Shown here: positions 1 through 6,063 of the stretch, piece by piece
How positions within the stretch are numbered: position 1 is the first letter of the stretch
How the letters are laid out: each line of letters begins with the position of its first letter
Notes under the pieces: generated by a model
What the model was told of the DNA's origin: nothing
Database searches by the model: none
The model's input: the letters and a program-made list of their open reading frames with translations, nothing else
Source of the DNA: Patescibacteria group bacterium
GTDB lineage: Bacteria > Patescibacteriota > CPR2 > UBA1875
Direction: 5' to 3'
Assembly (NCBI GenBank): GCA_041737595.1
Contig: JBGSRK010000006.1
Span: 1-10,461 of the forward strand
DNA length: 10,461 nucleotides
Translations under genes and position numbers: made by a program

Positions 1-1
1 C

Positions 2-175
2 ATTATTGCTCGTGATAAACGTGAAAACAAAACTATCTCTAATGATTACAACTTCATCACTCCATCTAAAGAAAAATCTATCCTTCAGCTTATTTTAAGG
101 TCACTTGAAGAAACATTCTCATGGGTTGGTAATGTTGGTTCTTTCTTTAAGAATTTAGGGAAGAAGGGGAATTAG
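2..175 (+). CDS. 3' end of an upstream CDS (partial); possibly the tail of a large fibronectin-III/Ig-like surface protein
   Basis: Frame +2 is open from the window edge to TAG at 173-175: IIARDKRENKTISNDYNFITPSKEKSILQLILRSLEETFSWVGNVGSFFKNLGKKGN*. It reads as a beta-strand-like segment followed by an amphipathic helix. The family call is from recollection only. Confidence 0.6.
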   Translation: MIARDKRENKTISNDYNFITPSKEKSILQLILRSLEETFSWVGNVGSFFKNLGKKGN

Positions 176-232
176 AGAGTTAAAAGGGGATGGGATAAGT
201 ATTATGTATTATGGGGGATAGGGAGAGGATAT

Positions 233-416
233 TGTCATTCTGAACACTGTGAAGAATCTACCTCTTTTGTCATTTCGATCAAGGTCGAGAAATCTAGATT
301 CTTTTGTCATTCTGAGCGGAGTTGAAGAATCTAGGGGGGGCAGGCTCAAGATGACGAAACGATTGGCATTGCGAGCCCGTTCGATTTTGCTCAGGGTAAA
401 CTCCGCGCGGCAATCT
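233..416 (+). repeat. Cluster of GTC-tagged REP-like palindromic repeats
   Basis: Three tandem units: TGTCATTCTGAACACTGTGAAGAATCT (233-259), TGTCATTTCGATCAAGGTCGAGAAATCT (268-295) and TGTCATTCTGAGCGGAGTTGAAGAATCT (305-332). Then an inverted partial copy GCTCAAGATGAC (344-355) and a longer composite unit TGGCATTGCGAG...GCAATCT (364-416). Confidence 0.85.
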
Positions 417-420
417 ATTA

Positions 421-464
421 ATTTAGGAAGGACGGACCTTCTGGAAGGTCCGTCCTTCCTAAAT
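421..464. repeat. Perfect 21-bp inverted repeat with a 2-nt centre
   Basis: ATTTAGGAAGGACGGACCTTC-TG-GAAGGTCCGTCCTTCCTAAAT; the arms are exact reverse complements. Confidence 0.95.
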
Positions 465-469
465 AATTA

Positions 470-498
470 TTGAAATTTAAGTTAAAATATGCTAATAT
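470..498 (+). promoter_or_regulatory. Putative sigma70 promoter for the yceD-rpmF-nusB-rnc operon
   Basis: TTGAAA (470-475), 17-nt spacer, TAATAT (493-498) with an extended -10 TG at 490-491. An overlapping TATAAT lies at 496-501. Confidence 0.6.
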
Positions 499-552
499 AA
501 TCGAGCTTTAAAGACGAATTAAGTATTACTTACACAGGGGTAACAGAGAAAA

Positions 553-999
553 ATGAAGCTTGATGTAAAAAAATTAGTATTTTCAGAAGTTGGGGCAAAA
601 GAGAGTCTCAATCTAGAACTATTCAATGAAAAGGAAGATGATGAAGTTCTAGCAGAAAGAATAAAAGGCACCTTAAATCTTACTAAATTAGAAGAGGAAA
701 TTTTAGCCCAGTTTTCAGGTTCAGTAAAAACTAAAGTAATTTGTGATCGTTGTCTCTCAGAATATGGAACCGAAGTCCCGCTAAATTTTTCTCAAGAATA
801 TTTAATTGATCAAACCCCAGATGAAGATATTAAGCTTTTAGTTACAAATGATTATAAGATTGATATCGGAGAACCAATTAGACAAGAAATTCTTTCAGCT
901 TTACCCATAAAAAAATTGTGTAAAAATGAGTGCAAAGGAATTTGTATTTCTTGCGGAATGAATCTAAATGTGGAAAAATGTAATTGTAAAAAACACTAA
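553..999 (+). CDS. yceD: DUF177/YceD family protein (23S rRNA accumulation)
   Basis: CDRCL motif and C-terminal LPIKKLCKNECKGICISCGMNLNVEKCNC; canonical position directly upstream of rpmF. Confidence 0.9.
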   Translation: MKLDVKKLVFSEVGAKESLNLELFNEKEDDEVLAERIKGTLNLTKLEEEILAQFSGSVKTKVICDRCLSEYGTEVPLNFSQEYLIDQTPDEDIKLLVTNDYKIDIGEPIRQEILSALPIKKLCKNECKGICISCGMNLNVEKCNCKKH

Positions 1000-1008
1000 G
1001 GAGAAAAA

Positions 1009-1245
1009 ATGGCAGTACCAAAAAAGAAAATGTCCAAAAGACGAAGTGGCATGAGAAAAGCAGTAAACAATAAAATTAAACCAATAATGATGACAAAATG
1101 TTCGAAATGTGGAGAACCTAAAAAGGCTCATGTAGTTTGTATAAATTGTGGTTATTATGGTGACAAAAAAGTTCTAGATATTGAGACAAAACTTGATAAA
1201 AAAATTAAGAAAGAGCAAAAAGCAAAAGAAAAAGAAGAAAAATAA
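1009..1245 (+). CDS. rpmF: 50S ribosomal protein L32 (zinc-binding form) with a Lys/Glu-rich C-terminal extension
   Basis: MAVPKKKMSKRR N-terminus and CSKC...HVVCINCGYY zinc ribbon; SD AAGGAG upstream. Confidence 0.96.
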   Translation: MAVPKKKMSKRRSGMRKAVNNKIKPIMMTKCSKCGEPKKAHVVCINCGYYGDKKVLDIETKLDKKIKKEQKAKEKEEK

Positions 1246-1281
1246 TATTTATTTTCGGCTTATTCGACAATAAAGGAAAAT

Positions 1282-1782
1282 ATGGCTTCAAATCGACATT
1301 TATCACGAATACTCACAGTCCAAACACTTTATGAGTGGGAATTTATTTCAAAAAGATTCCCTGTAGATGAAAAATTTGATGAAAAGATAAAAGTTAAAGA
1401 AATTATCGAAAGAAATTTTGAAGAATTTAAGAAAGCTGTTTCAAATAAAGATTTTATTGATGAACTGGTGTGGGGGACTCTTAAAGAAAAAGATAAGATT
1501 GATAAAATTATTGCCCCAGCTGCTCCAGAGTGGCCAATTGAGCAAATAGCACTTGTTGATCTAATTGTTTTAAGAGTTGCTATTTTTGAGTTATTATTCA
1601 AGGGTGAAGTACCACCAAAAGTTGCAATTAACGAAGCAGTTGAACTTGCAAAAACTTTTGGAGGGCCAAATTCTTCCAAATTTGTTAACGGTGTACTTGG
1701 GACAGTTTATAGAAGCTCACCAATATACAATCCAGACGATGACAAAAAACCAGCAAAGTTAGAAAAGAAAGAAAAAGAATAA
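1282..1782 (+). CDS. nusB: Transcription antitermination factor NusB
   Basis: N-terminal RHLSR..VQTLYE; ILVLRVAIFE-type helix (DLIVLRVAIFEL); VPPKVAINEAVELAKTFG and FVNGVLG motifs. Confidence 0.96.
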   Translation: MASNRHLSRILTVQTLYEWEFISKRFPVDEKFDEKIKVKEIIERNFEEFKKAVSNKDFIDELVWGTLKEKDKIDKIIAPAAPEWPIEQIALVDLIVLRVAIFELLFKGEVPPKVAINEAVELAKTFGGPNSSKFVNGVLGTVYRSSPIYNPDDDKKPAKLEKKEKE

Positions 1783-1788
1783 AGGAGT

Positions 1789-1849
1789 TGTCACCGCGAA
1801 TAAAATGCGGCGATTAAGATTGCTTCGTCGTATAACTCCTCGCAATGAC
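1789..1849. repeat. Inverted pair of REP-like units between nusB and rnc
   Basis: Degenerate + copy TGTCACCGCGAATAAAATGCGGCGATT (1789-1815) and a - strand copy reading GTCATTGCGAGGAGTTATACGACGAAGCAATCT (1817-1849). Confidence 0.8.
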
Positions 1850-1857
1850 TTAATTAT

Positions 1858-2544
1858 ATGAGTAAAGATTTAAAAATTTTACAAAAAGAAATAGGGATAA
1901 TGTTTAAAGATGAAAGCATTCTTACTAATGCATTTATTCATCGCTCTTATCTTAATGAAAATAAAAAATTTAGTGAACATAACGAAAGACTGGAATTTCT
2001 GGGCGACGCAGTTTTAGAACTTGTTGTAACTGAATATTTATACTTAAATTATAAAAATCCAGAAGGAGATCTAACTAACTGGCGTAGTGCTTTAGTTAAA
2101 ACCGAGAGTATTTCAGAAGCTGCTAAAAAACTTGGGTTTGAAGATTATTTGATGATGAGTCGAGGCGAATCTTCATCTTCTGGCCGAGCCAGACAATTAA
2201 TCCTTGCGAATTCTTTTGAATCTGTTGTTGGTGCAATTTATTTAGATCAAGGTTATGAAGTTGTTAAAAAATTTATTACCGAACATCTTATTATAAATTT
2301 AGAAAAAATAATCGAAGAAAAATTGTATTTAGATTCAAAAAGTCATTTCCAAGAGTTGGCCCAAGAGCGTGAAGGTATCACCCCACGATATGATGTTATT
2401 TCCGAAGAGGGGCCAGACCATGATAAAATTTTTACAATTTCTGTAAAAATAGGGGATAAAGTTTGGGGCAAAGGCTCCGGGCCATCTAAACAATTAGGCC
2501 AACAAGCAGCTGCTGAAAACGCTCTTTTAAAATACGAAAAATAA
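1858..2544 (+). CDS. rnc: Ribonuclease III
   Basis: AFIHRSY and signature NERLEFLGDAVL, FESVVGAIYLDQG, and a C-terminal dsRBD (KSHFQELAQ...GPDHDKIF...GSGPSKQ). Confidence 0.97.
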   Translation: MSKDLKILQKEIGIMFKDESILTNAFIHRSYLNENKKFSEHNERLEFLGDAVLELVVTEYLYLNYKNPEGDLTNWRSALVKTESISEAAKKLGFEDYLMMSRGESSSSGRARQLILANSFESVVGAIYLDQGYEVVKKFITEHLIINLEKIIEEKLYLDSKSHFQELAQEREGITPRYDVISEEGPDHDKIFTISVKIGDKVWGKGSGPSKQLGQQAAAENALLKYEK

Positions 2545-2657
2545 TTCTTCTTTTAAATGTGGGCCTGACATAAGGTTTAGACTAATTTCTTAAAAAGAAT
2601 GAAGAGGATATAGTAAAAATTCTAAGTCGTCGAGTAGATAATAATTGTCTACTGGGA

Positions 2658-2697
2658 AAAGAAATAGTGAATCTTGATTCAGTATTTCTTTCTTTTA
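2658..2697 (+). terminator. Putative intrinsic terminator after rnc
   Basis: AAAGAAATAGTGAATC-TT-GATTCAGTATTTCTTT, a 16-bp stem with one mismatch followed by CTTTTA. The stem is AT-rich, so the function is uncertain. Confidence 0.5.
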
Positions 2698-2726
2698 TTG
2701 ATAAATAATAAAAATATAGTTAAAAT
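2698..2726 (+). promoter_or_regulatory. Putative sigma70 promoter for smc
   Basis: TTGATA (2698-2703), 17-nt spacer, TAAAAT (2721-2726). Confidence 0.65.
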
Positions 2727-2781
2727 AGTAGATGCAAATGAGGGTATTTTTTAAAACTACAGCTCAGAACAAGGGGGTTTT

Positions 2782-5700
2782 TTGTATTTAAAACGGCTTG
2801 ATATCTCGGGGTTCAAATCTTTCGCAGGAAAGTCAGTTTTGGATTTTGAAAAAGGCCATCAAATTACTTCTATCGTTGGACCAAATGGTTCAGGAAAATC
2901 AAATATTGCAGATTCTATCCGCTGGGTACTTGGAGAAACATCATATAAAACAGTCCGAGCTAAAAAATCTGAAGATGTAATATTTTCTGGTTCAAATGGT
3001 AAAGCAAGAGCTTCTTTTGCTAAAGTTGCAATGATACTTGATAATTCTGATGGGAAGGCCCCGATTGATTTTTCTGAAGTAGAAATTGCAAGATCAGTCT
3101 ATCGAGATGGTTCAAGCGAATATCTTATAAATGGTAAAAAATCACGTCTTTTAGATGTTGCTGAACTTTTAGCACGATCTGGGTTTGGCCAATCGACTTA
3201 TTCAGTAATAGGGCAAGGGATGGTTGATTCAATGCTTTTTTATGGACCAGCTGAAAGAAAGGTTCTCTTTGATGAAGCAGCTGGTGTACGTCAATATGAG
3301 ATGAAAAGAGAACAGACCCTTAGAAAACTAGAAGAAACACATTCAAATGTTACTCGCGCAAAGGATATTCTTTCTGAGCTTAACCCAAGGTTAAATACAC
3401 TTAAAAAACAGGCTGAAAAAGCTAAAGAAAAAGATGTTGTAAAGGCCAGCTTAAACGAGAAACAAAAAACATATTTTGCAACAGTTTGGGATAAGTTAAT
3501 CTCAGAAGAAAAATCAAAAAGAGCAGATCTCGAACGACTTTTAGCTGAAGAAGAAAAGGTTAATAATGAAATATCGCAACTAGATGAAGCTTTTAATAAT
3601 ATTTTAAATAAAGAAAAACTTGGTTCTGCAGAAACTGAAAAGATTCAAAAAGAAATTAATGATTTAGAAATTAAAAAAGATAATCTTCGCCAAGAAATAT
3701 ATACACTTCGAGCAAAAATGGAACTAACCTTTTCTGCTCCAACCCAAAAAGAATTAGATAAAAAGATATCTGAAGAAAAAAAGAAGCTAGAAGGTGTGAA
3801 TTTATCTGGTGTTATAAATAAAAAAGAAGAAATAGAAGCAGAATTAAAAAAATTTCAAGAAAATGGTTATATTGAAAAAATAACTCAACTTGAAAGTCAA
3901 AAAGAGGAAATATTTTCTGAAATATATAGGCTAAAAGCTCAGCTTGAGGTTCAATCTGCTGAAAACTCATTAACCAAATCAGAAATTTCATCACAAATAT
4001 CAGTTCTTAATGCAGAAATAAAAAATCTTGATATTGAAAAAATTATTCAGAGTAAAGAAGAAATTGAAAAAAATGAACACCAAATTAGTTCTAAAATTGA
4101 AAAAATTAATAAGGAAATAGAAGAGAAAAGGAAAAATTTATCTTTACTTTCTGAAGAATTATCAAAGTTTGATTTTTCTGTTGTAGGTCAACGAATAGGT
4201 AAGGTTTTGTCTTTACAAAACTCTTTTATAACGGGTCTTACCACTGCAAAAGATAAAAGTGACATCGAAAAATTACGAAAAGAAGCAGAAAAAATAACCG
4301 AAAAATTAGCAGAACTTCAATTACAGGTTTCTGATGTAAAAGAAGGTCGTATATCTGGTATGTCAGAAACACAAGATCAATTAGAAAAATTAACAAATGA
4401 AAAAGATAAATTTACTGAGGAATATTCTCTTACAAGAAATAATTTAAATGAAAAAGAGTATGAACTCAGAAAAGCGAATGATGATAAAAGAAGATTTGAA
4501 TATGAAATTGAAAAGCTTTCTAAACTAAAACCGATAGATAAAAATGATAAGAAAGAAATTGCAAACAAAATTGAAACCTTAGAAAAAAGAACTGTTTCAT
4601 TAAACATTGAAATTAATAATATTAAACTAGAATTAGAAAAAGAAGCATCTTATAAAAATCAAATTATAGGGTTAGACTTTGAGATAAAAAGAGAAGAAGA
4701 AAAAAAGAAAGATATTGACCGTTCTATTGAACACCTAATAAACCTAAAACCAGCGGATGAGGGTGAAAAAGTTGAAATTCAAAATAAAATAACAGAAAAA
4801 GAATCTGAAATTGAAAAAATTAACACAAATGTAGAGGATTTACGTATAAAAATAAATGAAAGATCATCTACTTTTGACTCACAAGGTCAGAAATTATCAG
4901 AGATTAAAGATGGTCTTACCTCAAAACAAGCACTAGCATCAGAATATACAAAAGAGCTAACAACAACAAAGATAGAATTGGCTCGTATTGAAACAAAAAA
5001 ACAAGATATTAAAGAAGAAATAGTTTATGAAATGGGGTCAGAGGCTGCACTTGCTGGGGCTCAGGTTGTCCCAGAAATAGACGAAGAAGCTTCACGTCGA
5101 GAATTAGAAAGACTTAAGACAAAATTATATGCAATTGGAGAAATAGACCCTGAGGTTGAAACAGAATACGTAGAAGTTAACGCACGAGCAGAATTTCTTT
5201 CTAAACAAACTGATGATTTAGAAAAAGCAAAAAATGATCTAGAAGAACTTATTTCAGAACTAGACACCAAAATAAAAAAACAATTTGAAAATTCATTTAC
5301 AGCTATTTCACAAAAATTTGAACACTTCTTTACTTTACTTTTTGATGGGGGAGAAGCAAAACTTGAACTTGTGAAACAAAAAGCTGACGATGAGGAAGGT
5401 GAAGATAAATTCGGGATAGAGATAACAGCTGTCCCCCCAGGGAAGAAAGTCAAATCTTTATCTGCACTTTCTGGGGGTGAAAGAACCTTAACATCACTTG
5501 CTTTATTATTTGCAATTCTTTCTGTTAACCCTGCACCTTTTTGTGTTCTTGATGAAGTTGATGCAGCTTTAGACGAGACAAATACAAAGAAATTCTTAAA
5601 AATTGTTAAAGAATTAACAAATGGAACTCAATTTATTTTTATAAGTCATAATAGAGAAACTATGAAAGAAGCTAGTATTATATATGGAATAACTATGGAC

Positions 5701-5793
5701 GAATCTCACGCATCAAAAATTCTTTCTGTAAAATTGACTGACGCACTTGAGGTTGTAAATAAAAAAGTTAGTCATCCTGAGCGAAAGAAGTGA
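2782..5793 (+). CDS. smc: SMC-family chromosome segregation ATPase, atypical: no recognisable hinge domain
   Basis: MYLKRLDISGFKSF start, Walker A GPNGSGKSN, Q-loop VIGQG, signature LSGGE, Walker B/D-loop VLDEVDAALD, H-loop ISHN, and a long coiled coil. TTG start with SD-like AAGGGGG. rnc-smc synteny as in Bacillus. Confidence 0.92.
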   Translation: MYLKRLDISGFKSFAGKSVLDFEKGHQITSIVGPNGSGKSNIADSIRWVLGETSYKTVRAKKSEDVIFSGSNGKARASFAKVAMILDNSDGKAPIDFSEVEIARSVYRDGSSEYLINGKKSRLLDVAELLARSGFGQSTYSVIGQGMVDSMLFYGPAERKVLFDEAAGVRQYEMKREQTLRKLEETHSNVTRAKDILSELNPRLNTLKKQAEKAKEKDVVKASLNEKQKTYFATVWDKLISEEKSKRADLERLLAEEEKVNNEISQLDEAFNNILNKEKLGSAETEKIQKEINDLEIKKDNLRQEIYTLRAKMELTFSAPTQKELDKKISEEKKKLEGVNLSGVINKKEEIEAELKKFQENGYIEKITQLESQKEEIFSEIYRLKAQLEVQSAENSLTKSEISSQISVLNAEIKNLDIEKIIQSKEEIEKNEHQISSKIEKINKEIEEKRKNLSLLSEELSKFDFSVVGQRIGKVLSLQNSFITGLTTAKDKSDIEKLRKEAEKITEKLAELQLQVSDVKEGRISGMSETQDQLEKLTNEKDKFTEEYSLTRNNLNEKEYELRKANDDKRRFEYEIEKLSKLKPIDKNDKKEIANKIETLEKRTVSLNIEINNIKLELEKEASYKNQIIGLDFEIKREEEKKKDIDRSIEHLINLKPADEGEKVEIQNKITEKESEIEKINTNVEDLRIKINERSSTFDSQGQKLSEIKDGLTSKQALASEYTKELTTTKIELARIETKKQDIKEEIVYEMGSEAALAGAQVVPEIDEEASRRELERLKTKLYAIGEIDPEVETEYVEVNARAEFLSKQTDDLEKAKNDLEELISELDTKIKKQFENSFTAISQKFEHFFTLLFDGGEAKLELVKQKADDEEGEDKFGIEITAVPPGKKVKSLSALSGGERTLTSLALLFAILSVNPAPFCVLDEVDAALDETNTKKFLKIVKELTNGTQFIFISHNRETMKEASIIYGITMDESHASKILSVKLTDALEVVNKKVSHPERKK

Positions 5794-5805
5794 GTCGAAG
5801 GATCT
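5771..5805 (+). repeat. REP-like unit overlapping the smc 3' end
   Basis: GTCATCCTGAGCGAAAGAAGTGAGTCGAAGGATCT, stem ATCCT/AGGAT; contains the smc TGA stop at 5791-5793. Confidence 0.85.
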
Positions 5806-5843
5806 AAGCAATTGATGTAGTTAAAAAGAAAAATTAGTCCTTC

Positions 5844-5892
5844 TGTCATTCTGAGCGATGTGTTCGTCTCTGGCTGGGGAGTCGAAGAATCT
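5844..5892 (+). repeat. REP-like unit with an expanded interior
   Basis: TGTCATTCTGAGCG (identical to 305-318) ... GAGTCGAAGAATCT. Confidence 0.85.
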
Positions 5893-5898
5893 TTTTTT

Positions 5899-6021
5899 GT
5901 TCTTTTCTTCTTAATAAGAAAAGAACCTAAAGAATCAAGAAAAAATACGATAATTTTATGAAGATTTTATTTTAGGTTTATGTTCTATTTATAAAATTAG
6001 TCCTTTGGGCAGTATTTTTTC
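5899..6021. other. Nested multi-stem intergenic element (structured repeat or ncRNA candidate)
   Basis: 11-bp perfect hairpin 5899-5909/5916-5926. A 10-bp perfect stem 5939-5948/6012-6021 encloses a 12-bp stem with one G-T pair (5951-5962/5988-5999) and a small hairpin at 6000-6010. Confidence 0.5.
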
Positions 6022-6048
6022 GATTTTAGAATTAAGGCAATTATTTTG

Positions 6049-6057
6049 TGGTAAAAT
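6049..6057 (+). promoter_or_regulatory. Putative extended -10 promoter for murC
   Basis: TG-G-TAAAAT ends 6 nt before the GTG start at 6064; no SD present. Confidence 0.55.
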
Positions 6058-6063
6058 ATCTAA

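Noticed and set aside
158-223. G-tract cluster (possible G-quadruplex) and short GTATTAT tandem
   Set aside because: Any four-tract combination needs a 16-18-nt loop, and a purine-rich low-complexity spacer explains it adequately.
233-332. CRISPR-like periodicity (units start at 233, 268 and 305)
   Set aside because: The linkers are only 8-9 nt, the units differ internally, the same unit is dispersed elsewhere in the window, and there are no cas genes. This is a REP-like cluster.
249-473. 74-aa ORF on +
   Set aside because: It runs entirely through palindromic repeats, has no RBS and shows no protein-like features.
2782-5793. SMC as part of a Wadjet/MksBEF or SbcCD system
   Set aside because: No adjacent kleisin, KITE, JetD or SbcD nuclease genes; the head motifs and rnc linkage match housekeeping Smc.
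5791-5820. TGA recoding (genetic code 25 or 4) or read-through at the smc end
   Set aside because: None of the conserved genes is interrupted by an in-frame TGA, so the standard code 11 fits; read-through would add only 9 residues.
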